Source of the DNA: Caldivirga maquilingensis IC-167
Lineage (GTDB): Archaea > Thermoproteota > Thermoprotei > Thermoproteales > Thermocladiaceae
Reading direction: 5' to 3'
NCBI RefSeq assembly: GCF_000018305.1
Contig: NC_009954.1
Span: forward strand, 270,001-302,000
DNA length: 32,000 nt
How positions within the stretch are numbered: the stretch's first letter is position 1; each line of letters opens with the position of its first letter. The notes under the pieces are model-generated. The model had not been told where the DNA came from. It did no database searches and was given only the letters and a program-made list of their open reading frames with translations. Shown one piece after another: positions 1 to 8,547 of the stretch. The position numbers were made by a program, and so were the translations under genes.

Positions 1-29
1 TAAAACATGTTTACCCCCTTATGAGTAAT

Positions 30-1133
30 TTAACCCCACAGGTTAATGACCTTACTTAATCCCCTCCTTAACGTGTACCCATCACTAAGATACCCAATAA
101 CGTATGAACCCAATATGACATTACTTGACTCCACGTAATCTGAGTTAGGGGGATTGGTGTTGGCGTTGTTAATTCTGAATATGTTCCCACCACTATTGTC
201 AAGTATTCCTAAATTAGAATTATGCTCTATTACATTAATCATGATTTGATTCCACATTGATCCACCGTTAGGCATTGAACCAGTCATGTCTAGAATTATC
301 CCCACATTATTACCGTAAATGTGTTGAATAAAGAATGTGTTAGCCTGCACACCAAGTGGGGTTTCATTATTACCTATTGTGGCTAAGCCCACCTTATTGA
401 ATGTTAATAATCCTATTGTAATAAGATTGTTAAAGAATCCCGCTGCTGGTAATCCACTTATGTTTGGGTATTCATTTGGGTTACCACCCTCATTAATTAA
501 TACACCTATGTTACTAGAGTATGAGACCCCAGGTATATCAATTACACTATCATTGACCTGGGACATGACTAAGCCATTAATATTATTTACCGCATACATG
601 GAGGCATTAATATACGGTAAGTTGATTCTTGAGAAGTATATTTGACTACCACTGCTTGGTGATAATATTACTAATGCTGAGTTACGCCTAGTGGGGAAGT
701 AAGGTGAAGGCTGTATGATTGAACCTGGTTCACTCACTACATTTAAGTAGTTGTAGTATGAGGCATAGGGTGGAAATGCCTCCCTGAAATCAATGCTCTC
801 ATTAACTTCATATGTACCTGGTTTAATAAGCAAGCTCACCCTACAGTTACCACCCCTTGATAAGCAATCATTCCCAATGTAGTTTAACGCCTCCTGAATA
901 CACGCTGTATTGGAGTTCACGCATATTCTTAATCCATGCCAATCAATTGCATAATAATACCCATTTTTCTCATAAACTATAATACGGTATCTACCCCATG
1001 CCTCAATAAAGTCACTTACTGAAGCACCCTCCTGAGTATGATTAATTGAATTAACCGCTCTTAACCCAGCGTATACTAATCCCCCTGCACCAGCAGCCGC
1101 ACCTAGGATCTTAAGGAACCTCCTCCTATCCAT
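30..1133 (-). CDS. Tat-signal secreted protein, probable right-handed parallel beta-helix (pectin-lyase-fold-like) glycan-active protein
   Basis: 367-aa ORF. The N-terminus MDRRRFLKILGAAAGAGGLVYAG is a twin-arginine motif (RRxFLK) followed by a hydrophobic region. 'ACIQEALNYIG...LLIKPGTYEV' and recurrent N/G/I-rich turns (GNNVGIILD, SNLGILDNSGGNIFRINN) resemble beta-helix repeats. The fold call is from motif recall only. Confidence 0.5.
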   Translation of the reverse strand: MDRRRFLKILGAAAGAGGLVYAGLRAVNSINHTQEGASVSDFIEAWGRYRIIVYEKNGYYYAIDWHGLRICVNSNTACIQEALNYIGNDCLSRGGNCRVSLLIKPGTYEVNESIDFREAFPPYASYYNYLNVVSEPGSIIQPSPYFPTRRNSALVILSPSSGSQIYFSRINLPYINASMYAVNNINGLVMSQVNDSVIDIPGVSYSSNIGVLINEGGNPNEYPNISGLPAAGFFNNLITIGLLTFNKVGLATIGNNETPLGVQANTFFIQHIYGNNVGIILDMTGSMPNGGSMWNQIMINVIEHNSNLGILDNSGGNIFRINNANTNPPNSDYVESSNVILGSYVIGYLSDGYTLRRGLSKVINLWG

Positions 1134-1384
1134 AAGCCTAAAGGTTTACCCAGCCTTAAAACTAATACACTATGATTAATTTATAACATATATAAATAAC
1201 ATTATTTTAATAATGCTAAGTTTACCGATTAGTGTCCTAAAAATGTTTAGTACCCACCTTTTTTATTAGAATCCTTAAATACAGGGTAACTGATTGTATT
1301 TGCAACTTATGATCTATCGGCACGCTATAGGGTAATTAATGGATCAGCGGCAATAGCGTTAAGGGCGTATGTGGTTGGGTTTAC

Positions 1385-2365
1385 TTAACTTAATTGCCCA
1401 CAGTTAATTCTATTGAATTCCTTATGTGGCTCGATTTGATACCAGTAAGCCACACTCTCATACCTTGCCAGTACTTCATCGTATTCACCGTGGTGTATCA
1501 TGACTCTTAATTCCCTTTGGAATGGTATTGGGTCAGGTATGTGGAATCTATATGCTAGGATCCTAAACCTCCCCTCATCCTTAATTATTAGGCCGTGGAA
1601 TGGTGCATTGAATGGACCCTTAATGAAGTACCAGCCGCTTAGGAAGTAATCCTCAGTACCCGTTGAGCCGTATGCTAATTCACCATCAGCGTAAATCATC
1701 ATATTGCCCTCAAGGAACCCTAAACCACCTGAGGGTGGGTTGGCTTGGCTTAAACCCTCCATAGCCAGTACAGTACCCATGTAATGCCCCTTCCCTGAGG
1801 CATGTAGGATTAAATACGGATTACCTAATGTTGTTGGGTTTTCACTACGCCATACTGCGTGAAGCCTACCCATATTACTAATATCCACACCCTCATAGTA
1901 ACTAATCATGTAGTATAGGTGATCAACATCAAGATCACTGCAGTTCTCAACCTCAATAATAGCCTTCTCAAAGGGCATTGGAAGGAATGTATAATATCCA
2001 CCACTGGTAGTACCCATTACCAGTGAGGAGTAGTGGTAATACTCGGTTATAGTGTTTGTTGAGTAGCATGAGCCGAAGAAGCATGATAATGGTGCCTCAA
2101 TACTTGGGTTTGATTCACCATCCCAATAAGCCCTAATAATAAGTCTCCTCAAGTAATCTTTAACAGCAGGCTTAGAGAAACCACCAGCAATGGTTAACCA
2201 TAGGCTAACTATAATGCCAGGACCATTAATGCTGAGTAAAGTTACCTTACCATGAGCAGGTATTGAGTAATAGTCAAGCCACTTCTTATGCTCCTCATCA
2301 GTATAATGAGTACTTGAAACATACCTTAATTTACCAGTCCTAAACCTAGGTAAATCAAGTAACAT
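1385..2365 (-). CDS. DUF2961 / GH172-like glycoside-hydrolase-family protein
   Basis: 326-aa ORF. 'FLEGNMMIYADGELAYGSTGTEDYFLSGWYF' matches my recollection of the DUF2961 hallmark (..GDE..DGE...GTGTEDYF..W). No signal peptide is seen. Confidence 0.6.
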   Translation of the reverse strand: MLLDLPRFRTGKLRYVSSTHYTDEEHKKWLDYYSIPAHGKVTLLSINGPGIIVSLWLTIAGGFSKPAVKDYLRRLIIRAYWDGESNPSIEAPLSCFFGSCYSTNTITEYYHYSSLVMGTTSGGYYTFLPMPFEKAIIEVENCSDLDVDHLYYMISYYEGVDISNMGRLHAVWRSENPTTLGNPYLILHASGKGHYMGTVLAMEGLSQANPPSGGLGFLEGNMMIYADGELAYGSTGTEDYFLSGWYFIKGPFNAPFHGLIIKDEGRFRILAYRFHIPDPIPFQRELRVMIHHGEYDEVLARYESVAYWYQIEPHKEFNRINCGQLS

Positions 2366-2582
2366 TGATTAAAACCACTTCATATATTTAAATTTTACCC
2401 ATAAGCCTCACGGTGAGCTTAATGAAGGTTTCTCAACATTGGATTCAAAAGTCCGTAATTCTGGGTCATCATCATGAATTACCCCATTACATGGCCACCA
2501 ATGATTAGGAGTGGCATTGTTACCTGTGGCCCAGCCTCCAGGTGCTTCACAGTGGTGTGTTAAATGACCTTAGTCTACACTA

Positions 2583-2789
2583 ATGGCCCTAATTCATAAC
2601 ACACCTAAGTACTATGGCCTAGTAATTAATTCAAGGGCTGTAGTTACAATAAGCTACATAGTGGCTAAGGGTAGGGATGCATTAAGCTCTAACATTAGAC
2701 TTAGGTTGGTGAGTGAGGTGGTTGGGTTAGGGGATAAGATTAATATTGATGGCTATGATTATGAGGCTTCCTTCAGGTTTAAACTTTGA
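2583..2789 (+). CDS. Hypothetical small protein (68 aa)
   Basis: ATG-initiated ORF in an otherwise ORF-free 635-bp gap. Codon usage (AGG, TTA, GTT, ATT) matches neighbouring real genes. GTTAAATGA lies about 20-28 nt upstream as a possible TATA box. No recognisable motif. Confidence 0.3.
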   Translation: MALIHNTPKYYGLVINSRAVVTISYIVAKGRDALSSNIRLRLVSEVVGLGDKINIDGYDYEASFRFKL

Positions 2790-3000
2790 ATTTTATTGTT
2801 GGGGCTAAGGCAATAACATACTTAATGGGTATTAGAATGCCTAAGAATAATGGGGGAACAATAATAGTGGACTTCATGGGATATTAACATAAAATATTAA
2901 CCGTGAAATGTAAGCAATAATATTCTTCATTTCTTATAACTCATACGTTTAAGATTACTAGGCTTTTATCCAACCTATTAACTTGTTGAAACAATCTTAC

Positions 3001-4353
3001 TCATGGTTTTATTGGTACGCTTATTTCCTGCAGTATTAATGGGTCATTGGCTCCAGCCACCTCCCTATACCTCCTCTCAATTAATCCAAGTAGCCTTAAT
3101 GTAATTTCACCTTCCTCGGTTGCCATGTTCCTTGATTCAGTTGGGTCTTTAGCTAAATTATATAATTCAACGTGGCCACTCCTCCTACCGTATGTATCAT
3201 TCCTAATCCACTGTATTAGCTTCCATTCACCAACCCTAATCATCCTAGCAGTCTGCCTAGTATTCTCAAGACTGAACACTGCATCATGACCCTTAGACTC
3301 ACCCCTAATAACCTTAAGTAGGCTTAAGCCAGTCATGTATTCGGGAATCTTTAAACCTAGTGAATCTAATATTGTTGGTGTTATGTCGGTGTTTTGAACA
3401 AATGCATCATACTTAACACCCTTGGCTTTACCACGCCCAACCTCATCAATTAACTTATCAGGTAGCCTAATGATTAATGGTGTCTTAACATCCCACTCAT
3501 ATAAGCCGTGGTGCTCGTAGTATACGTTGTGTTCACCAAGACCCTCACCATGATCTGATGTTAATACTATTAATGTATCCTCAAGTAAGCCAGTATTATT
3601 AATAATGCTCATTAATTCACCAATCCTCTCATCAACGTAAGCAGCCTCACTATCGTAAAGAGCCCTAATGTAATCAGGGTCATTAACGCCGGAATTAATT
3701 AAATCCCTTATCCAACTATCCTTAAGTAGTAATCTACCCCAAGCTGTTGAGTTAAGCCTACTAACCAAATCACCCTTACTGTAATCCCCATGATAGAACT
3801 TCTCAGCATAAGGCTTAGGTGGTATATATGGGGCGTGGGGATCCCAGTAATGTATAAAGAGTAAGAAGGGTTCATTCTTATACCTATTAATTAATTCGAA
3901 GGCATCCTTAACCTTAGCATTAACATACTCACCATTAACCTTAATACCGTTAGAAATCACCACTAAACCACCAATATCAATGTAGTACCTGTAGCCCCTA
4001 GCGAACCATCCAGCATACATGTGTGTGGCTAAGTTATCAACAGCTATAGTTAAGTAGCCGGCTTCATTAAGTATCTGTGGTAGAGTTAATATGCTTCCAC
4101 TTAATTGAACCTTACCACCATGACTAACTATACTGTGTATTAATGGTGTTGTTCCAGTAAATATTGTTGTGAAGGATGGGTGAGTGGGTATGGCTTCAGC
4201 GTAATGATTCGTAAACGCCACGGAGTCACGGCAGAGGGAGTCAACATTAGGCATAGTTGGGTAACCTGAGCCGAGGCAACCAACCCTATCAGCCCTCAAA
4301 GTATCTATAGCTATTAGGATAACGTTGAAATGATCATTAACCATATTAATCAC
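3001..4353 (-). CDS. Sulfatase-fold (alkaline-phosphatase superfamily) hydrolase with Thr at the nucleophile position
   Basis: 450-aa ORF. It has the N-terminal metal-site 'IAIDTLRADRVGCLG', 'LTSDHGEGLGEH', and the C-terminal 'ELYNLAKDPTESRNMA' typical of sulfatase-family enzymes. The expected C/S-x-P-x-R formylglycine motif reads T-H-P-S-F (4171-4185). The ORF-track start is GTG at 4353; the first ATG is at 4344. Confidence 0.8.
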   Translation of the reverse strand: MINMVNDHFNVILIAIDTLRADRVGCLGSGYPTMPNVDSLCRDSVAFTNHYAEAIPTHPSFTTIFTGTTPLIHSIVSHGGKVQLSGSILTLPQILNEAGYLTIAVDNLATHMYAGWFARGYRYYIDIGGLVVISNGIKVNGEYVNAKVKDAFELINRYKNEPFLLFIHYWDPHAPYIPPKPYAEKFYHGDYSKGDLVSRLNSTAWGRLLLKDSWIRDLINSGVNDPDYIRALYDSEAAYVDERIGELMSIINNTGLLEDTLIVLTSDHGEGLGEHNVYYEHHGLYEWDVKTPLIIRLPDKLIDEVGRGKAKGVKYDAFVQNTDITPTILDSLGLKIPEYMTGLSLLKVIRGESKGHDAVFSLENTRQTARMIRVGEWKLIQWIRNDTYGRRSGHVELYNLAKDPTESRNMATEEGEITLRLLGLIERRYREVAGANDPLILQEISVPIKP

Positions 4354-4704
4354 CTACATTACATATAATTGATTATACCATTCATATGGATCCCTCTCCC
4401 CTGTTGGTAATGGTTCCAATTTACCACCTGCATCACTAATTATCCTGCTGAATAATTCCTTAACCTTATCGGTGGCTTCATTTACAATATTTCTCTTAAG
4501 CTCTGCATCATTCCTAAGATCGTACAATTGAATATTGAGGCCTCTTCTATCACTAATTAACCAGTACTCATTATCACGATACATCACGTAGTTACCGAAC
4601 GCTGATGTAACATAACCCCTCGCAGCACTCCCCTTACCCTCAACATTATACCGACCACTAACCATGATTACTCTAAGCAGTGATACTTTATAAGCATTAG
4701 ACAT
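4354..4704 (-). CDS. Small protein resembling only the C-terminal subdomain of a sulfatase-fold enzyme
   Basis: 116-aa ATG ORF. 'NEYWLISDRRGLNIQLYDLRNDAELKRNIVNEATDKVKELFSRI' parallels 'GEWKLIQWIRN...VELYNLAKDPTESRNMATEEGEITLRLLGLI' of the downstream enzyme. Its stop (4354-4356) abuts the downstream gene start. Confidence 0.5.
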   Translation of the reverse strand: MSNAYKVSLLRVIMVSGRYNVEGKGSAARGYVTSAFGNYVMYRDNEYWLISDRRGLNIQLYDLRNDAELKRNIVNEATDKVKELFSRIISDAGGKLEPLPTGERDPYEWYNQLYVM

Positions 4705-4817
4705 CGTAATTCACCTTAACTTGTTTGTTTTTGTGCGGGTTGTTGGTGCCTTATAATGCCTTTCACTGTGTTAACGTGTTGGGTGTTGTTCATTGTGTTA
4801 ATGCTTAAATATGTTTA

Positions 4818-5483
4818 ATGACCTTGATTAATATGATTAGTAGGCGTGGTGTATTGCTTGGTGTTGGATTGGCTCTTGCAGGTGCCACTGCTGGTGGTGT
4901 TTATGAGTATTTTAGGGGTTTTCAAGCATTACCCCAATCCTCAACCACTACAACCACCGCACTTACTACGCATCCTGAAATCCATACTGCTGGTTTTGGT
5001 TGGGAGGTTGTTGATCTTCATAATAATGGTGCTGATGCCTATTTTCAAGCATTAAATGATGTGATTATTCATTGGATTGACTTGGATGCATCATACATGC
5101 TCATTAAGCCACCAAGTAGTGAGGGGTTTGCTGAGGTATTGATAACTGTTGGTAAGGCATCAACACCATCATTCAGTAAACCACCTCAAGTATATCAAAC
5201 ACTACCCCAATCAACATCATTCACACCAATAACCATAGTTAATCCAAATAATCTGCAGACTGTTGCAGACGCATACCCAGGGGAGGGTTTCCTGGTGAGG
5301 CTTATCTTGAAATCATGGGTTCCAAGTAATGGTACTGCATCATCAGTTCAGAGGCATGTTACACTATACCCAGGTGTGAGGATTAGTAATGGGGAATACT
5401 TAATATTCCACATGGACCATGCAGGAGTAGGACCATTGGACTGCGAAATACAGGCAACACTAGGATACAGCCTAATAACTTAA
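4818..5483 (+). CDS. Exported or membrane-anchored protein of unknown function (Tat-like signal, Thr-rich linker)
   Basis: 221-aa ORF. 'ISRRGVLLGVGLALAGATAGGVY' is an RR motif plus a hydrophobic segment, followed by 'SSTTTTTALTT'. No family recognised. Confidence 0.6.
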   Translation: MTLINMISRRGVLLGVGLALAGATAGGVYEYFRGFQALPQSSTTTTTALTTHPEIHTAGFGWEVVDLHNNGADAYFQALNDVIIHWIDLDASYMLIKPPSSEGFAEVLITVGKASTPSFSKPPQVYQTLPQSTSFTPITIVNPNNLQTVADAYPGEGFLVRLILKSWVPSNGTASSVQRHVTLYPGVRISNGEYLIFHMDHAGVGPLDCEIQATLGYSLIT

Positions 5484-5623
5484 CAGATGAAGGAAGCATA
5501 AATGCAGCCACCACTGCAGTTGAGTAGCATCCTTAATCTAAGGTACGATAAAGGTTTCATTATAGCCCTATAGTACTTAGCGTCTGTGTGTTTTTTAAAG
5601 TTCTTGGTTGGTTGTGTATTTGG

Positions 5624-6364
5624 ATGCTGGGTTACTTGGTTAATCCACCTATTGAGGATGCTGCTCGATTCGTAAGTAGGTATAAGGGTAGTGGGGTGGT
5701 TTTGATTTATGGTCAGGTGGAGGCTACTTACAGTGGTAGGGCTGCTGCCCAGATTAGGTTAATGCCTAGGCTGGTGGTCACTAAGCCTGACGGCGTCTTA
5801 ATGATTCATGAGGGGCGTAGGGAAAAGCCCATAATATGGAATCCACCTGGTTCCCAACTCTTCGTCTCAGTGGATGATGGTGAACTCATCCTTAGGAGTA
5901 TTAGGCGTAGTCCAAGGGAGTACGTTACAGTGAATATTCCTGAAGTGTACCTTGTCGCCTCAATGGAGTTGGGGTTGAGTGAGGATTTTAAGGTTATTGG
6001 CAGTGAGAGGGATATTGTTGATGCCATTGTGGCTAACCCGGGTTTAATTGAGGATGGGTTCAGGGTGATTAGTAGGGAGTATGAGACCATGGTTGGTAGT
6101 ATTGACTTGCTTGGTGAGGATAAGGCAGGTAACCTAGTGGTTATTGAGGTTAAGAGGAGTGGGGCATCACCTGAGGCCGTTCACCAGCTTAAGAGATACG
6201 TGGACTACATCACCAGTAAGAACCCTGGTAGGGTTGTTAGGGGTATATTGGTGGCTGCCTGGATTTCAGCATCAGCCTACAGGTATCTTAAGGATTATGG
6301 ATTAGAGTTCAGGAGGTATACGCATGCTAACCTCACTGGATTCAGCCTTAGGAGTAATGGCTAA
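5624..6364 (+). CDS. nucS: Endonuclease NucS/EndoMS (mismatch-specific, RecB-like nuclease fold)
   Basis: 'LVVIEVKRSGASPEAVHQLKRYVDYI' and 'GSIDLLGEDKAGN' are typical of the NucS C-terminal nuclease domain, and the size is about 250 aa. The ORF-track start is GTG at 5588. ATG at 5624 gives the usual N-terminus (MLGYLVNPPIEDA...). Confidence 0.85.
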   Translation: MLGYLVNPPIEDAARFVSRYKGSGVVLIYGQVEATYSGRAAAQIRLMPRLVVTKPDGVLMIHEGRREKPIIWNPPGSQLFVSVDDGELILRSIRRSPREYVTVNIPEVYLVASMELGLSEDFKVIGSERDIVDAIVANPGLIEDGFRVISREYETMVGSIDLLGEDKAGNLVVIEVKRSGASPEAVHQLKRYVDYITSKNPGRVVRGILVAAWISASAYRYLKDYGLEFRRYTHANLTGFSLRSNG

Positions 6365-6413
6365 TGTACGCGCAATGAATTACTCGCAGCGAATGATTTC
6401 TCAATGAGCAGGA

Positions 6414-6581
6414 TTAATCAATAACCCTATTAGTAACTCTAAATCTAATGATGACCTCCCGGCACCTAAAAGTTCCTTCAATCCATTCTGGAGACCCCCA
6501 GCTAACAGCTTCATATAATCCTTGCATTAATTCAAGGCCTCGTAACCTCAATACTGAATGTAGAGCAGCATGGTTAATCAT
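6414..6581 (-). CDS. Possible small protein (55 aa), below the ORF-track cutoff
   Basis: Hand-translated as MINHAALHSVLRLRGLELMQGLYEAVSWGSPEWIEGTFRCREVIIRFRVTNRVID*. Codon usage is genome-like, and ATAAAGTA lies about 20 nt upstream on the minus strand. It competes with the less protein-like + strand ORF 6448-6648. Confidence 0.25.
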   Translation of the reverse strand: MINHAALHSVLRLRGLELMQGLYEAVSWGSPEWIEGTFRCREVIIRFRVTNRVID

Positions 6582-6657
6582 GCATGCGAAGTCTGTACTT
6601 TATGGGATTACACCCCTAGGTGCTGAATACTTATTAAGGTTAACCTGAGGATTCCTC

Positions 6658-7533
6658 ATGGCTTCAGGATTAAGTAAACCCACGGTTCTAAGTAATGCGC
6701 CAAGGTCCATACTGGGTGAGGGACCGGTTTGGCTTCCTGAGTCTGGTGTATTGTATTGGGTTGATATACTTGGTGATAGGGTTCACTCATATAGGTTGAG
6801 TGATGGGTTGGTTAACTCAATTAAGGTTGGCCCATACCCAAGCTGCGTAATGCCTAATGATGACGGTAATTTAGTCGTTACCATAAAGGATAAGGTAATC
6901 CTAATTAATCCACGGGACGGCTCGGTAATAAGGACGTTAGCCACTGTTAATGAGGGGACTAATAATAGGTTTAATGACTGTAAATGCGACCCCATGGGCC
7001 GTCTAGTGGCTGGTACAATGGATATGGGTGAAAGAAACCCCACTGGTTCACTCTACGTCCTTGATTCAGGGGGTTTAAGGAGGATACTGGGTTCAGTAAC
7101 CATATCTAATGGTATTGCTTGGTCCAGTGATGGTTCAGTAATGTACTATATTGATAGTCCAACAAGGAGGGTTACAGTGTTTAAGTATAATAAGGGTGAG
7201 GGGGCCTTGGAGGGGGTTATTGGTTACATTGATTTATCAAGCTTCCCCGGTGTACCTGATGGTATGACTATTGACTCTGAGGGTTACCTATGGGTTGCAT
7301 TATACGGTGGTGGTAGGGTTCTTAGGATTAATTCAATTAACCGTAGTGTTGTTGATCAAGTGGAGTTACCGGCTCAATACACTACGTCATGCACCTTCGG
7401 TGGGGGTGACTTAAGGACATTATTCATAACCACTGCAACGGATAGGAGTAGGCAGTCAAGTGGCCCGGATGGGTATGTGTTTAGCCTTAGTCTTAACGTT
7501 AAGGGTACTGTGGTTAATAAGTGTAGGTTCTAG
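6658..7533 (+). CDS. SMP-30 / gluconolactonase / LRE-like beta-propeller lactonase
   Basis: 291-aa ORF. 'LGEGPVWLPESGVLYWVDI', 'NRFNDCKCDPMGRL', 'SNGIAWSSDG', 'PDGMTIDSEGYLWVA' and 'LFITTA' form the typical SMP-30/regucalcin-gluconolactonase motif series. Confidence 0.85.
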   Translation: MASGLSKPTVLSNAPRSILGEGPVWLPESGVLYWVDILGDRVHSYRLSDGLVNSIKVGPYPSCVMPNDDGNLVVTIKDKVILINPRDGSVIRTLATVNEGTNNRFNDCKCDPMGRLVAGTMDMGERNPTGSLYVLDSGGLRRILGSVTISNGIAWSSDGSVMYYIDSPTRRVTVFKYNKGEGALEGVIGYIDLSSFPGVPDGMTIDSEGYLWVALYGGGRVLRINSINRSVVDQVELPAQYTTSCTFGGGDLRTLFITTATDRSRQSSGPDGYVFSLSLNVKGTVVNKCRF

Positions 7534-7536
7534 GCG

Positions 7537-7683
7537 TTAAACAGCGGTTATTGAACTTCCCTTGAATATCCTAACCTTAATAACGATATTGTAGCCGCAG
7601 TAGGGGCACCTTATTGTGCTTGCTGATCTTCCAAATATCTCAAGCTCACTCTTACCGAAGGTTCTACCGCAGCTTAGGCACAT
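7537..7683 (-). CDS. rpoP: DNA-directed RNA polymerase subunit Rpo12 (RpoP)
   Basis: From ATG at 7683 the product is 48 aa: [38 protein letters not shown].... It has a CxxC...CxxC zinc ribbon and 'RCPYCGY.I...VR', as in crenarchaeal RpoP. The frame stays open 30 codons further upstream to a TTG at 7773. Confidence 0.8.
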   Translation of the reverse strand: MCLSCGRTFGKSELEIFGRSASTIRCPYCGYNIVIKVRIFKGSSITAV

Positions 7684-7846
7684 GTATATCTTCCTCTCCT
7701 CAATACCCTCCTCACCAGTCTCCTGCTCCTCAACGGTATTATTACCCTCACTCACAATTCCAGTAACCCCCAACCCTTAAAATACGTTTCCACGCATCAT
7801 GCTTATCCTAAACGATACACCCTTATATTACCTGGATTACTCATGA

Positions 7847-8485
7847 ATGATGTATAAACCGTTTTCAGAGGATTTAAGCTGTGATGAGGTTAAGAGAATT
7901 GAGTTAATGGGTGAGAGCGCGATTAGGGCTTATAGGAGGGTTATTTCAATATTTAAGTCAGGTAAGCCAGGCCTCTACATGCTGATGGGTGATTATGGGT
8001 CAGGTAAGACGCTTATTGTTAGGAAGGCTACGGCTGGGTTAAGTAGCGGTAGGGTTGTGGTTAAATCCTTTAAGAGCATTAATGATGCCGACTTATCCTG
8101 CTCAGGGGGTAGGGCAATAATGGGTTACGTCATTGACAGCTTCGAACTATTCTTCCAAAACCCCCAAGCCTACGCTGAATTAGCTAGAAATTACGTAATA
8201 TCTGTTTCACAATACTACCCAGTCCTACTTGTAGTGAGCCTACCATTAATCATAGGGGATATTAGCGGTTACGGTGATGTAGTGAATAGGGTTGGTGAAA
8301 TCCCTGAGGGTAATAAGATTAGGATCACCTTCACACCAGAGGAGACTAGGAGCATACTCGGTAGATTAGGCATTAGTATTAATGAGCATGTTAAACCCTA
8401 CATCCTTAAGACACCTGGCTTAGGCATTAGGGCATTATCACCAGGCAAGGGGAGTGATGAAGTAGTGGAGATAATAGTGATTTAG
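7847..8485 (+). CDS. Compact P-loop NTPase (AAA+/archaeal-ATPase-like), function unknown
   Basis: 212-aa ORF. It has Walker A 'GDYGSGKT', a Walker-B-like 'GYVIDSFE', and 'ITFTPEETRSIL' resembling the lid motif of ORC/archaeal ATPase families. Confidence 0.6.
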   Translation: MMYKPFSEDLSCDEVKRIELMGESAIRAYRRVISIFKSGKPGLYMLMGDYGSGKTLIVRKATAGLSSGRVVVKSFKSINDADLSCSGGRAIMGYVIDSFELFFQNPQAYAELARNYVISVSQYYPVLLVVSLPLIIGDISGYGDVVNRVGEIPEGNKIRITFTPEETRSILGRLGISINEHVKPYILKTPGLGIRALSPGKGSDEVVEIIVI

Positions 8486-8547
8486 CATATTACTCACTTC
8501 ACTGTGTAGGGCTTAATCCTTTAATTCAACCTATTGATTACCCTGTA

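Noticed and set aside
337-645. Antisense 'shadow' ORFs inside larger genes (337-645, 3047-3289, 4846-5055, 5806-6090, 6783-7043, 8712-9044, 9075-9305, 15575-15820, 16079-16396, 17128-17403, 21174-21576, 22267-23799 group, 24121-24369, 26475-27566 group, 29612-29806, 31284-31469)
   Set aside because: Each lies wholly within a longer ORF that has clear family motifs, on the opposite strand or in another frame. Their translations are S/L/P-rich, as expected for antisense frames of this codon usage.
6448-6648. 66-aa + strand ORF between nucS and the lactonase gene
   Set aside because: The composition is not protein-like (S/P/N/R-rich, no motif) and the codon usage is atypical. The antisense 55-aa ORF (6414-6581) fits genome codon usage better. 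Neither is strongly supported.
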